In this document: piece by piece, positions 1-11,924 of the stretch
Layout: each line of letters begins with the position of its first letter
How positions within the stretch are numbered: position 1 is the stretch's first letter
NCBI RefSeq assembly: GCF_006345805.1
Contig: NW_021835317.1
Coordinates: forward strand, 1-42,430
Length of the DNA: 42,430 nt
Direction of reading: 5' to 3'
Source of the DNA: Octopus sinensis
Taxonomy: Eukaryota
Made by a program: the position numbers and the translations under genes
Notes under the pieces: generated by a model
Seen by the model: only the letters and a program-made list of their open reading frames with translations
Databases searched by the model: none
Told to the model about the DNA's origin: nothing

Positions 1-734
1 GCATAGACCTACATTGAGATAACAAAATTGCTCGCATAACTACAAAGTGTCAGTAATAAAATCACTACTTCAGAGAGCATTTAGATTCTCTGCCACACAT
101 GAAACAATTGATAAAGGAACGCACACATTATGAAACAAACGCTAATTAACCACAGATAGTCAAAGAGACTTAGAAGACCAAGTTACTGATGAATGTTGAC
201 AAAAATACAATGCAACGAATACATTAGACAATATCGCAACTGAAAATTATACATATTGCTCGCCGAATGTATTATGTGAAACAAATGTATATGTGAAACA
301 AAAGAGACAAAACATGCAGTCAAAACTATAAAACAAAACCAGAAACCATAAGTCAATACTAGTAATAAGAGTGAATACCTCCTCGTTAACAATATGCTGT
401 AATCATGTACAGCTGAAAACAGGTTGACTGACCAATGTAATTTATATATTTGGCTTTAAAGTGAATAGTTGTGTTTTACCTTTGTAGCAGTTGATTGTAA
501 TACCATTATACCAGTCATTGTGTACGTCACCATTCTGTATTACCTGACTGCCTAGGTGAGTGGTTAGCTTGAGCTATATTTTTTTCACCTGATATTTTTC
601 AGCATCCCAGAAATCACCAATAATGGTCTAGCAGTTTTCCTTGCTTTTCTATCCTTAACTGTACCCTCATCCATACAATTTTCAGCTTTTAGATCTACAT
701 TGGGTTGTTCCTTTGCCTCTCATGCATACTTCAT

Positions 735-1159
735 GTTCGTCTCAAGCATTTGTCTTATGAAGAAAGGCTGAAGACGCTCGACCTTTATTCTCTTGAAAAA
801 CAACGACGCCGTGGTGATCTCATTCTCGCTCACAACATCATAAGCGGAAAGAGCTGTCTTCACTCCTGCTCCAGAGCGTCGGCTGCAGAGTCACTCCGAA
901 AAGCTCTATCTGCGACAATTTCATCTCAATTGAAGGCAAGGGGCTTTCTCCGTCCGGGTTGCGGATCTGTGGAATAAGCTGCCGGACAAGATAGTGAAGA
1001 TGCCGACGACCGCTCAATTCAAAGTCTCTCATGACCAGAAATGGCCTGAACTCTTTGCATGAACACCCTCCCTGTACATAACTCCATGTCCCCCTACATG
1101 GCCTTGCTTTTTGCTTTTTGAGCCAAACAATTAACTTAACTTAACTTAACTTAACTAAC
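735..1159 (+). mobile_element. CR1-clade LINE, 3' fragment (RT C-terminus, 3' UTR and (TTAAC)5 tail)
   Basis: Translates to LKHLSYEERLKTLDLYSLEKQRRRGDLI and, after frameshifts, RAFSVRVADLWNKLPDKIV. These match the CR1 ORF2 C-terminal motifs (LSYEERL..L.L.SL..RR.RGDLI; FS.RV...WN.LP). Ends in a short tandem-repeat tail (TTAAC)5 at 1131-1155. Confidence 0.85.
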
Positions 1160-1326
1160 AATCTTTTGTAGTAAGCTTTTCAAGCCTTTCTCTTCTCTCA
1201 GTACAGGTGAGGGTAAGTGTCATTCCATCACACATTTCCTCAACAATATCTCAATTTCCATTGATACCCTGTATTGTGATCCACAACACCACAGGCATTT
1301 GATTCTCTCATCACAGAATGTTAGTG

Positions 1327-1592
1327 TAGGAGTGGCTGTGTGATAAGTAGCTTGCTTACCAACCACATGGTTCTGGGTTCAGTCCCACTGCGTGGCACCT
1401 TGGCCAAGTGTCTTCCACTATAGCCTCGGGCCAACCAAAGCCTTGTGAGTGGATTTGGTAGACGGAAACTGAAAGAAGCCCATCGTATATATGTATATAC
1501 CGATAGAATAAGTACTAGGCTTACAAAGAATAAGTCCTGGGGTCGAGTTGCTCGACTAAAGGTGGTACTCCAGCATAGCCACAGTCAAATGA
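1327..1592 (+). mobile_element. tRNA-headed SINE family A, internally deleted copy
   Basis: Head GGAGTGGCTGTGTG (A-box-like) and GGTTCAGTCCC (B-box-like). Colinear with the full copies at 9258-9669 and 16229-16651 but lacks the middle segment. Confidence 0.85.
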
Positions 1593-2024
1593 TTAATATA
1601 CAATGGGGAAAGATTATAAACAGACATTGTCTTAACCTTTTTTAAGTATTTCAATTTTTTGCAAGAATTCCAAACTAGGTCTGATGCTTCATATTTCAAA
1701 CAAACCCAGAACTCTGATGTTAGTTTGATTTCAAACAAAATTCATCCTTATAATATTCAGTGCTCCATTAACTGAAATAGCTATTCCCTTATTTGTCCCT
1801 TTGTAGCCCCTGCTATAAATTTGCTTCTGTAAGGTGTCTCATGTTGTTTTGGTAACCAAAAGTGCTTAAGGATACATCTGTCCCTTTCATCCAGTTTACT
1901 TCCATCTAATTTTAACTTTTAATTTCTTAATTAAAGACCTGCATTTTCTTAATTATCAATTCATATGTGATTTTGATTTCAAATTTTGGCACAAGGCCAG
2001 CAAGTTCAAGGGAGGTAAGAAGTA

Positions 2025-2396
2025 AGGTAAAGTTACCTTCTCTAGTCATGTCGACTCATAAGGGCAGGTTTCCCAGTTGCCATGGTATATGAATTCTCCA
2101 CCTGGACAGGATGCCAGTCTCTCACAGGATTACTCACTGTTTGCCAGCTGAGTGGACTGGAGCAACATGGAATGAAGTGTTTTGCTCAAGAACACAATGC
2201 ACTGCCCAGTCCAGGAATTGAAACCGCAATCTAGAAGTCATGAGCGTAACATCCTAACCATTAACTGAGTGGACTGGAACAACATGGAATGAAGGGTTTT
2301 GCTCAAGAACACAATGCACTGCCCAGTCCAGGAATCAAAACTACAATCTTACGGTCATGAGCCCAACACCCTAATCACTAAGCCACATGCCTCCAC
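2025..2396 (-). mobile_element. tRNA-headed SINE family D with a tandemly duplicated ~117-bp head
   Basis: Minus strand begins GTGGAGGCATGTGGCTTAGTGATTAGGG. Segments 2146-2262 and 2263-2385 are diverged direct repeats. The body also matches 10745-10897. Confidence 0.7.
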
Positions 2397-2407
2397 AAGT
2401 TCAAAGG

Positions 2408-2551
2408 AGGGGGTAAATCAATTGACCCCCCCTCAAAAGAATGAAAGGCAAAGTCAACCTCAATGGCATTTGAATCCAGAACCTGAAGACGGATGAAATG
2501 CCATTAAGCATTTTTCCTGGCACAGTAACGATTCCGCCAGCTTGCTGCCTT
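2408..2551 (-). mobile_element. SINE family B, 5' fragment
   Basis: Reverse complement matches the head of the copy at 27232-27466 (AAGGCRGYGAGCTGGCAGAATCGTTA...GACTTTGCCTTTCATCCTTT). Confidence 0.75.
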
Positions 2552-2564
2552 CAATTCATATGTA

Positions 2565-3100
2565 ATATGTGCCACAGAAATTATATTTATTACTCTTTAA
2601 TTTCTGTACTAATATAGAATATTTCTCACAACTAAGTTACAAAATTACCTGGTGCTTTACCCACAGGAACTACCACAAACCTTTTATCCACCTTGGGAAT
2701 GTATTATGTAACCTTTTCTCTATCAATAATTGGCTCCTTTTCTATCATTGCATTTAACTTACTGATCCTTTCTTCAACAACACCACTGCCCTTCTCTTTC
2801 CATTTTCCAAAATATTTTACCTTACTCTTATACTTAATACTCAGCTTGTTTGCGAAACTCCTCTGATTCCAACAATAACAACTCCAACTTAAATTTACTA
2901 ATGCTTTTGGATTCCCTATACTTAGTTCCTTTCTACATGAGCAATCGCAATTCCTTATGACTAATAATTCCCAAGTCTTCTGTATAAATATGCCCACATC
3001 CTTCATAAAGAAAATGAGAATTCCTACTGTCAAATTCACATAGAAAAATTTCTCTAAATCTGGCATAGACACATTTAGTGTAATTGGATAATAACCCAAC
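2565..3100 (-). pseudogene. Penelope-like retroelement ORF remnant (region N-terminal to the RT core), with stops and frameshifts
   Basis: Minus-strand frames read FLYEGCGHIYTEDLGIISHKELRLLM*KGTKYRE (GAC of DLG at 2977-2975), then KWKEKGSGVVEERISKL...KRFVVVPVGKAPGNFV (2685-2644). These resemble the PLE motifs GH..TGDL.II...LR....KGPKYRE and FV.VP.DKA.NN. Motif match is from memory; no HMM was run. Confidence 0.65.
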
Positions 3101-3280
3101 TATGGTAGGCCTGTAAGTGTAACTAATACATATTTCCTTATCTGTGATTTCAGCCAGAAAAGGCTATTTATCTTGTTATCCTTAAACATTGAATTTAAGT
3201 GTAAATTGCCTATAGGCTTATTAATATAAAATATCATTATAAAATCCTTTATTTATATATACATATTTATATATATATAT

Positions 3281-3693
3281 TACTCTTTACTCTTTACTCT
3301 TTTACTTGTTTCAGTCATTTGACTGCAGCCATGCTGGAGCACCGCCTTTAGTCGAGGAAATCGACCCCGGGACTTATTCTTTGTAAGCCCAGTACTTATT
3401 CTATCGGTCTCTTTTGCCGAACCGCTAAGTGACGGGGACGTAAACACACCAGCATCGGTTGTCAAGCAATGCTAGGGAGACAAACACAGACACACAAACA
3501 CACACACACATACATATATATACATATATATGACAGGCTTCTTTCAGTTTCCGTCTACCAAATCCACTCACAAGGCATTGGACGGTCCGGGGCTATAGCA
3601 GAAGACACTTGCCCAAGGTGCCACGCAGTGGGACTGAACCCGGAACCATGTGGTTGGTTAGCAAGCTACTTACCACACAGCCACTCCTGCGCC
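3281..3693 (-). mobile_element. SINE family A, full length
   Basis: Complete reverse copy from the head GGCGCAGGAGTGGC to the (GAGTAAA)n-like tail, with an internal TA/TG microsatellite. Confidence 0.92.
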
Positions 3694-3754
3694 TATAATA
3701 ATAATAATAATAATAATAATTATCATTTGAGGGAATAAAATCCAAACTTACAAG

Positions 3755-4094
3755 CGATGCTGGTGTGTTTACGTCACTGTAACTTAGCGGTTCCGCAAAA
3801 GAGACCGATAGAATAAGTACAAGGCTTACAAAGAGTAAGTGCTGGGGTCAATTTGCTCGACTAAAGGTGGTGCTCCAGCATGGCCACAGTCAAATGACTG
3901 AAAAGATTAAAAGATATATATATATATATATATATATACAATGGGTTTATTTCAGTTTCTGTCTACCAAATCCTCTCACAAGGCTTTGGTTGACCTGAGG
4001 CTATAGAAGACACTTGCCTAAGATGCCATGCAGTGGGATGAACCCAAGAACCATGTGATTGGGAAACAAGCTTCTTACCACACAGCCATGCCTG
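3755..4094. mobile_element. Two SINE-A fragments: 3' half (+, 3755-3914) and 5' half (-, 3938-4094)
   Basis: Direct similarity to the full SINE-A copies; the two fragments are separated by (TA)n. Confidence 0.8.
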
Positions 4095-4099
4095 TACAT

Positions 4100-4280
4100 A
4101 GGGAGAATTCACAAAAAAAACAACCAAAAAGACAAATACAGGTGGTGTAGACAACAAACAGATGTATTAGTTTAATGCTTGGGAAGTGAAAACGTCTTTA
4201 ACATTTCGAGCCTATGCTCTTTGACAGAAAGAAACGAAGAGAAAATAAAGAATTTGTAGTGGCTAGCAATCTATCATGGT
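4100..4280 (-). mobile_element. Probable Penelope-type terminal fragment with a decayed minimal hammerhead
   Basis: Minus strand 4231-4196 reads cttt CTGTCAA a gagc-atag-gctc GAAA tgtt aaag. A short related piece (gtattagtttaatgcttgg) recurs at about 6373-6391. Confidence 0.4.
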
Positions 4281-4865
4281 GTGCATGTATGTTTGTACTT
4301 GTATTCAGGAATTACAAGATAAAGACTTCAAAACATCTCACAAGCCGGATTTGTATAACATTCATTTTTAGAAATTGGAACCTCTAGAAAAAGTCATTAG
4401 ACTAGAATTTTTGGTACCCATAAAGAGTATTATGAAATGTATGTGTGTATGTTATTTATACATACCTACATACATATATGTATGTATGTATATGCACACA
4501 CATGTATTGGAATATAACTTTGGAAGTATAGTTTTCCCACCTTGGGTAATATCAGGCAACATTGCATACATACATAAATTATAACTCAACTTCTATCAAA
4601 TTTCTTAGTGCTTATGCAAAAATGATGAAATGAATATTAAGTTTCAGATGTAAAATATTTATTACCTTGAAATACAATTAAATGAAATAAATTTCTCTTG
4701 CTGTAAATATGACACTATTTTTCTGAATTTTATCAACGCAATCATATTCTACTCTACTAAAAGCCAATATGCTTTACTTAACAAAATGGGTTTTACGTAT
4801 ATATATGCATACGTACATATGCATGTGTGTGTGCTTATATATGGCTGTGTGGAAGGTATATGTAT

Positions 4866-5142
4866 CATTGTGACCGACCAGGCTATCAGATGTTGCTACA
4901 CATCGCTGGTCACAATGCGTTTGCATTGTTTTAGCCTTCAAATGACGCCACCCCGCTGGCTAAGCGAGCAGGCCAACAGTTGTGGTGAAAGAGTACAGCA
5001 GGGATCACCACCCCCTGCCGGAGCCTCGTGGGGCTTTTAGGTGTTTTCGCTCAATAAACACTCACAACGCCCGGTCTAGGAATCGAAACCGCGATCCTAC
5101 GACCGCGAGTCCGCTGCCCTAACCACTAGGCCATTGCGCCTC

Positions 5143-5146
<4 letters not shown>
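4866..5146 (-). mobile_element. CpG-rich, young-looking tRNA-headed SINE family E
   Basis: Minus strand GTGGAGGCGCAATGGCCTAGTGGTTAGGGCAGCGGACTCGCGGTCGTAGGATCGCGGTTTCGATTCC has clear A and B boxes, followed by about 200 nt of non-tRNA body. The head is homologous to family D. Confidence 0.8.
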
Positions 5147-5185
<39 letters not shown>

Positions 5186-5187
<2 letters not shown>

Positions 5188-5500
5188 TGGTGGCATGTAA
5201 AAGAACCATCCGAATGTGGCCGTTGCCAGCGCCGCTCTGACTGAAATCCGTGCCAGTGACACGTAAAAAGTACCAACCAATCGTGGCCGTTGCCAGCCTG
5301 GTCTGGCACATGTGTGCCAGTGGCACGTAAAAAGCGTCCACTGCACTCACGGAGTGGTTGGCGTTAGGAAGGGCATCCAGCTGTAGAAACACTGCCAGAT
5401 CAGACTGGGCCTGGTGCAGCCTCCTGGCTTCCCAGACCCCAGTCGAACCATCCAACCCATGCTAGCATGGAAAGCAGACGTTAAACGATGATGATGATTA

Positions 5501-5503
<3 letters not shown>
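5186..5503 (+). mobile_element. SINE family C, 3' part with (GAT)n tail
   Basis: Contains GGCGTTAGGAAGGGCATCCAGCTGTAGAAAC and ends CCCATGCTAGCATGGAAAGCAGACGTTAAAC(GAT)n, as at 11030-11692. Confidence 0.85.
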
Positions 5504-5543
<40 letters not shown>

Positions 5544-5544
<1 letters not shown>

Positions 5545-5908
5545 TAGCAGTATTGCCCGGCGTTGCTCAGGTTTGTAAGGGAAATAACTATAAAGCATTT
5601 TTAGAGAGTTATAGCCAAAAAGTAGCAAAAAAATGGAAAAAAATGATGGTAAATTTTTTTTGAGAGTTAAAAAAGGTGGAGTTGCGTCCCCTAGACGGTC
5701 TGTGGTTTGGGTTTCTGATTCTCGACCCCATGTCGAATTTATCGATTTTTTTCAGAACTGGGGGAACTTTTCAAAATTTTCGCTGCGTTAGTTTTGAATT
5801 ATGACATTGGGCTATGTGTGTGTCAAGTTCATCAGAATCGGTTGAAAGCCGTGGTCAGAGTGAGGGTACGAGAAAACAGACACACAGAAAACGCACAGAC
5901 AAACTGCC

Positions 5909-5915
<7 letters not shown>
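5544..5915 (-). mobile_element. Non-autonomous Helitron
   Basis: Minus strand ends ...CCTGAGCAACGCCGGGCAATACTG-CTAG|T (subterminal hairpin plus CTAG). The 5' end TATATAAACGGCAG... runs into (TA)n. The 3' ~70 nt are shared with 17004-17516. Confidence 0.7.
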
Positions 5916-5969
<54 letters not shown>

Positions 5970-6293
5970 GTATACATATATATATGACTTGTGAGATGAG
6001 TTTTGTGGTGCTCGTTTTGTGACTTAGAGTACAAGGCAGATTACAAATGCAGACATCATGTATTCTTTTCTTCTTTTTGGCTGCGGCCATGCTGGAGCAC
6101 AGCCTTGAAGGGTTTTTAGTTGAACAAATCAATCCTTAGGACTTATCTTTTTAACCCTATTCCTCACTCTTGCTTCCCAACCACATGGTTCTGGGTTCAG
6201 TCCCACTGCGTGATATATTGGGCAACTACTGTCTTCTACTATGATCTCAGACTGACCAAAATGTGAGTGGATATGGCAGACGAGAAGCCTGTC

Positions 6294-6329
<36 letters not shown>

Positions 6330-6405
6330 CAAATTTGCTAAACGCAAAAGGTAGGTGACGGAAAAAGTAGGGGTATTAGTTTAATGCTTGGAAAAGAAGG
6401 AAAAG

Positions 6406-6687
6406 GGATCTTTTCGGTTTGAACAGCAGTTTTTTAACTAAACACTTTTAAACTTCGTATACTGGTAGAATGTGTTTATAAAACATCTTTTTCTCTTTGC
6501 TTTATTGAGAAAATTCTATAGTTTGTAAGATATTTGTTGTTTTTTTTTCTTCAATTTCTGCAATTTCAGCCAATCAATGATGTCTATTGAGGTGAAAACA
6601 TTCTGTGCCGTATGAAAATGTCCCTCGTTTAAGAAACAGATTGTGTTTATTTACATTTGTGAAGAAAAAAAGATACTCTTTCCCCCA
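6406..6687 (-). mobile_element. Truncated copy of the GGATC-TIR MITE family
   Basis: Starts with the TIR GGATCTTTTCGGTTTGAAC and is the reverse complement of the right ~280 bp of 14452-14879. The second TIR is missing. Confidence 0.8.
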
Positions 6688-6879
6688 CATGATTGCTAAG
6701 CAGTAGAGCATGTCATCTTCAAATTTCTGGCAAACTAAATTGTGTCATAGTGCTGTTTTCTTCACAGATGGTGCCTGACTGACCCTACTATACTGTGTAG
6801 TCAATAAAATCAAAAAGAAACAATATTCTTGCGCAAAATTAAAAATATAAAATGGCGACAATTTACCCATCACACCCTG

Positions 6880-7560
6880 TATACACACACACACATACAT
6901 GTACATATGCATGTATGTGTGTGTGTCATCATCGTTTAATGTCCGTTTTCCATTCTAGCATGGGTTGGACAGTTCGACCAGGGTCTGGGAAGCCAGGACG
7001 CTGCACCAAGCTGCAGTCTGATCTAGCAGTGTTTCTACAGCTGGTTGCCCTTCCTAACGCCAACCACTCAGTGAATGTAGTGGGTGCTTTTTACCAGCAC
7101 AGTGCCAGACCAGGCTAGCAATGGCCACGATTGGTTGGTGCTTTTTACGTGCCACTGGTATGGAAGCCAGTGAAAGCGGCACTAGCATTGGCGACGTTCA
7201 GATGGTGCCACTGGCACAGATATATATAAACACACACACACACACATACATATGCATGTATGTGTGTGTGTCATCATCATCATCATCGTTTAATGTCCGT
7301 TTTCCATGCTAGCATGGGTTGGACGGTTCGACCAGGGTCTGAGAAGCCAGGAGGCTGCACCAAGGTGCAGTCTGATCTGCAGTGTTTCTACAGCTGGTTG
7401 CCCTTCCTAACGCCAACCACTCCATGAGTGTAGTGGGTGCTTTTTACGTGCCACCGACATGGAAGCCGGCACAGGCATTGGCGACATTCAGATGGTGCCA
7501 TTGGCACAGATATATATATAAACACACACACACACACACATACAAGCACACACACATGTA
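6880..7560 (-). repeat. Tandem duplication of a SINE-C copy together with its flanking (CA)n/(TG)n
   Basis: Two units (about 6880-7225 and 7226-7560). Both carry GGTTGCCC where the other C copies have GGATGCCC or GGGTGCCC, and both end ...CAGATGGTGCCAYTGGCACAGATATATA. Confidence 0.8.
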
Positions 7561-7826
7561 TATAGAAATCATAAAAGCCAGGTGATATGAGAGGTGAATT
7601 TTTATTTATTTAAACCATGTAGCATCCTGAGGTTTATGGTTGTTTCACAAAGTTCTTCATGTAGTATTTATTTCATTGTGGAAAAAATTATACTTACATG
7701 TTTGTATTAATATGTATGCTCCACATTGCGCAATACAACTGTACATTCACCAATGAATGGGTTGGGGGGATCCCCAACTCATGAGATCACAAGAACATCA
7801 TGGTTACACCAGCGATCAGCTTAATA

Positions 7827-8035
7827 TACTCTCTTTACTCTTTTACTTGTTTCAGTCATTTCACTGCGGCCATGCTGGAGCACCGCCTTTAGTCGAGCAA
7901 ATCGTCCCCGGGGCTTATTCTTTGTAAGCCCAGTACTTATTCTATCGGTTTCTTTTGCCGAACCGCTAAGTCACGGAGACATAAATACACCAGCATCGGT
8001 TGTCAAGCAATGCTAGAGGGACAAACACAGACACA

Positions 8036-8097
<62 letters not shown>

Positions 8098-8268
8098 CAT
8101 ATATACGACAGGCTTCTTTCAGTTTCCGTCTACCAAATCCACTCACAAGGCTTTGGTTGGCCCGAGGCTATAGCAGAAGACACTTGCCCAAGATGCCACG
8201 CAGTGGGACTGAACCTGGAACCATGTGGTTGGTTAGCAAGCTACTTACCACACAGCCACTCCTGCGCC
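7827..8268 (-). mobile_element. SINE family A, full length
   Basis: Complete reverse copy with an expanded internal (CA)n. Confidence 0.92.
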
Positions 8269-8547
8269 TATATGTGTGTGTGCGTGATTTACTCTCATCT
8301 TGTCTTGACATCACTTAGTGGCTGTAAGTGAGAATCACTGTCACGCAAGCAGTGTTCTTTATTTCGTATCTGTCGTTGAATCATGTCTGGGCATGGTGAC
8401 ATATTACTTAGCATGGAAACAAGGTGAGAGCCAGCGATGTAAGTAGCATCCTGCTGTACAACGTCTATCTGAGCCATGCAAACATGGAAAAGCAGATATT
8501 TCATCTATCTATGTGTCTGTCCGTCTGTCTGCCTGTCTGCCTGCCTT

Positions 8548-8583
<36 letters not shown>

Positions 8584-8859
8584 CAACATCTGACATTATT
8601 GACCGAGGTTACCGTGGTCTTTTCCATAGGCTTTCCTTTCCACGGATAAACCTTATCTGTTTCCCCCTTTACACTTTACATCATGACATTTCTGTGATAC
8701 ACGATCCCTATTGATCGTTTCTTTTTTAACGATCCCTTTTGATCGAAAACCTACCCCCCCTTTTTTTTTCTCTCCCCAAAAAGAAAAGCTCTGCTTTGTA
8801 ATTTGTCTCCTCTGTGTCAGCCCTGTGTGGCTAATAAAGAAACATATCTATCTATCTAT

Positions 8860-9090
8860 TTTTTTTATTGCCCACAAGGGCATAAATATAGAGGGGACAA
8901 ACAAGGACAGACAAAGGGATTAAGTTGATTATATCAACTCGAGTGCGTAACTGGTACTTAATTTATCGACCCGGAAAGAATGAAAGGCAAAGTTGACCTC
9001 GGCAGAGTTTGAATTTAGAACGTAAAGACAGACAAAATACCGCTAAGCATTTCGCCCGGTGTGCTAACGTTTCTTCTGGCTTGCCACCTT
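8860..9090 (-). mobile_element. SINE family B, near full length
   Basis: Reverse complement of the family B sequence seen at 27232-27466. Confidence 0.85.
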
Positions 9091-9257
9091 ATATCTATCT
9101 ATCTGTCTGTCTGTCTGCTTGTCTGTCTGTGTGTCTGTCTATCTACCAGAGTCTATCTACCAGGGTCAACCCAGCTTGAGTGGAACTGTGATCTATGATC
9201 AATTATATTGCATCTGTGATCATTCCATGTCGTCTTTATTTTCTTTGCATGTATAGA

Positions 9258-9669
9258 CACAGGAGTGGCTGTGTAGTAAGTAGCTTGCTTATGAACCACA
9301 TGGTTCTGGGTGCAGCCCCACTGCGTGGCACATTGGGCAAGTGTCTTCTACTACAGCCTCGGGGCGACCAAAGCCTTGTGAGTGGATTTGGTAGACAGAA
9401 ACTGAAAGAAGCCCGTCGTATATATGTGTATATATCTATGATATATATATATTTATATATATATGTGTGTGTATATTGTGTTTGTCACCCCAACATCGCT
9501 TGACAACTGATGCTGATGTGTTTACGTCCCCGTAACCTAGCAGTTCAGCAAAAGAGACCGATAAAATAAGCACTAGGCTTACAAAGAATAAGTCCTGGGG
9601 TCGATTTACTCGACTAAAGGCGGTGCTCCAGCATGGCCGCAGTCAAATGACTGAAACAAGTAAAAGAGT
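9258..9669 (+). mobile_element. SINE family A, full length
   Basis: Head CAGGAGTGGCTGTGT through tail GAAACAAGTAAAAGAG. Confidence 0.92.
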
Positions 9670-9795
9670 ATAATGTATCCAGGATATTACATTCTCCGAT
9701 ATCTCCTTTTTTGTCTTCCTTATTAAAGGTAGTATAGTTAGATTTGGCTGCTATTTCCAGCAATTGGAAAAACAATGCAGAAACTTCCTTGGTAG

Positions 9796-10001
9796 GCCCT
9801 TAGCGTTTAATCCAGCCCAAATATTCTACCTGTTTAATGTTAAAACTGACCAGATCTAACCCCTCACACCTACCCTACACTGTCGTTCTTAAAATACACC
9901 ATTGAAATCTTGAAGCTACACAATAATGTGTCGTGATTAATTTAAAACAACGTGAATAAATAAGCAATACGTTTGTCAAAGAAACCTGAATGGTAACGGG
10001 T
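9796..10001 (-). mobile_element. Degenerate copy of the piggyBac-like MITE family
   Basis: Reverse-orientation similarity to 11705-11924 (AAATATTCTACCTGTTT, CCAGATC, ...TGAATGGTAACGGGT). A further fragment lies at about 10915-11030. Confidence 0.55.
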
Positions 10002-10151
10002 GAGTGAATCTCACAGTTACGGTTTGGTGATACCAAGGGAATATATTTAATGTTATTTTAATAATTGAGTTTTTTTAGCCATCAAGAGTTCTCTCCCTTT
10101 GTCTAGAACATTTTTATTCAATTCTCTGTTGTAAAGATCGTAAGATTTTTC

Positions 10152-10554
10152 GGATCCTTTCGGTTTGAACGGCAGTTTTTCCTAGCGGTGTCATATGAAA
10201 TTGTCACCCATAATTATAACCCTAGTATTGATCTATTGCATTTCAATCTGTTTTAGGGTTAGGGGTGGGGGGAAGGGTATCTTTTTTTCTTCACAAATGT
10301 AAATAAACCCAATCTGTTTCTTAAACGAGGGACATATTCATTCATACGGCACAGAATGTTTTTTTTTAACCTCAATGGACGTCATTGATTGGTTGAAATT
10401 GCAAAAATTGAAGAAAAAAACAACAACAAATATCTTACAAACTATAGAATTTTCTCAATAAAGCCAAGAGAAAAAGATGTTTTATAAACACATTCTACCA
10501 GTATACGATGTTTAAAATTTTTTAGTTACCTAGAAATTATGTTAAAAAAGATCC
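10152..10554 (+). mobile_element. MITE with GGATC-starting TIRs and a perfect 8-bp TSD (Merlin-like)
   Basis: TSD GATTTTTC at 10144-10151 and 10555-10562. The left TIR is intact and the right TIR is internally deleted. Contains TTAGGGTTAGGGG. Confidence 0.8.
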
Positions 10555-11029
10555 GATTTTTCTGCATGACAATTTAAATCGTCAAGCCTTTTGAGTACTA
10601 GTTTCACAAACGAGACCCAAATGCTTAGTATATATTTTTCTGTACTGTTAAAACAAATTAATACTGGACAGAATCCAGTTTTTTTTTTTTCCGAGATGGG
10701 CTTGTATGCTCCAATATTAAACTATTTTCTATTATATTATATAATAATAACAAATGCGCCCTTTTAAAGCCTAGCCAGGATCATGGGCCCGGTTTCCCGG
10801 TTTCCATGGCATATGTGTTCCTCAGCTGGATGGGACGCTAGTCCATCGCATCGTTACTCATTTTTGCCAGCTGAGTGGACTGGAGCAACGTGAAATGTTG
10901 TGTATGTGTAAGAGGCCTGATCTGTCCAGTTTGAATAAAAAAAAAAACAGGTAGAATATTTGGGCCTGATATGTTTGGTCTAACCCTTTAGCATTCACAT
11001 TATTCTGTCAAATGTAATGCTTATTAATC

Positions 11030-11692
11030 ATAAGACCTGGCAAGCCAAATGAGACCATAACCTCGTGGGCTATGCCTGGGGCGTAACCAGCCCACTTATG
11101 CATACCTTTCCTTCTTTGGACACTCAACTCTGCTTGCAAAGACCTGTTGAGGCAAGTGAAATCAAAATCAAATTCGATGACTGGCATCCGTGCTAGTGGG
11201 GTGCTAAGAGCACTATCTGAGCGTGACAGAGCGGCTAACTGGCTTCCATACCGGTGGCACGTAAAAGGCACCATTCAAGCATGATCGTTACCAGCATCGC
11301 CTTATGACACCTGTGCCCCATACTAGTAGGGTGCTAAGAGCACCATCCAAGCGGGATCGTTGCCAGAGTGGTTAACTGGCTTCTATACCATTGACACATA
11401 AAAGGCACCATTTGAGTGTGATAATTACCAGCGTCACCTTACTGGCACGTGAAAAAGCATTCGAGCGAGGTCGTTGCCAGTACCGCCTGACTGGCCTCTG
11501 TGCTGGTGGGACGTAAAAGCACCCACTACACTCTAGGAGTGGTTGACATTAGGAGGGGCACCCAGCTGTAGAAACTCTGCCAGATCAGGATTGGAGCCTG
11601 GTGCAGCCATCTGGTTTGTCAGTCCTCAGTCAAATCGTCCAACCCATGCTAGCATGGAAAGCAGACGTTAAACGATGATGATGATGATGATT
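11030..11692 (+). mobile_element. Long SINE family C copy with internal ~45-nt module repeats and (GAT)n tail
   Basis: Repeated TGGCACGTAAAAGGCACCATT.GAGC.TGATCGTT.CCAG-like modules, ending GACGTTAAAC(GAT)6. Confidence 0.8.
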
Positions 11693-11704
11693 AGTTTGAC
11701 TTAA

Positions 11705-11924
11705 CCCTATAGTGTTCACATTATTCTTCCAAAATTAATCCTTTTTCATCCACATTGCTTTGAACTAATCATGCATTATCTTGTAGCTATGAGATTTTGA
11801 TGAGGTAACTGTTAATTTTTAAAAAGACATTGTAGGGTTGATGTGAGAGACCGGATCTAGCCAGTTTGACCATAAAACAGGCCGAATACTTTTGGCCGGA
11901 TATGGCTGGTTTAAATGCTAAAGG
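11705..11924 (+). mobile_element. piggyBac-like MITE
   Basis: TTAA at 11701-11704 and 11925-11928 flank imperfect TIRs CCCTATAGTGTT / AATGCTAAAGGG (9/12 match). A partial second copy follows at about 11935-12070. Confidence 0.7.

Noticed and set aside
186-192. CTGATGA hammerhead core (also CTGAAGA at 28055, CTGATGA at 28135, CTGAGGA at 33839)
   Set aside because: None has a stem II followed by GAAA, or a closing stem I.
5080-5146. tRNA gene
   Set aside because: It has A and B boxes but continues into a SINE body; it is a tRNA-derived head.
11200-11520. CRISPR-like repeat-spacer pattern
   Set aside because: These are degenerate internal modules of SINE family C in a eukaryotic locus, with no unique spacers or cas genes.
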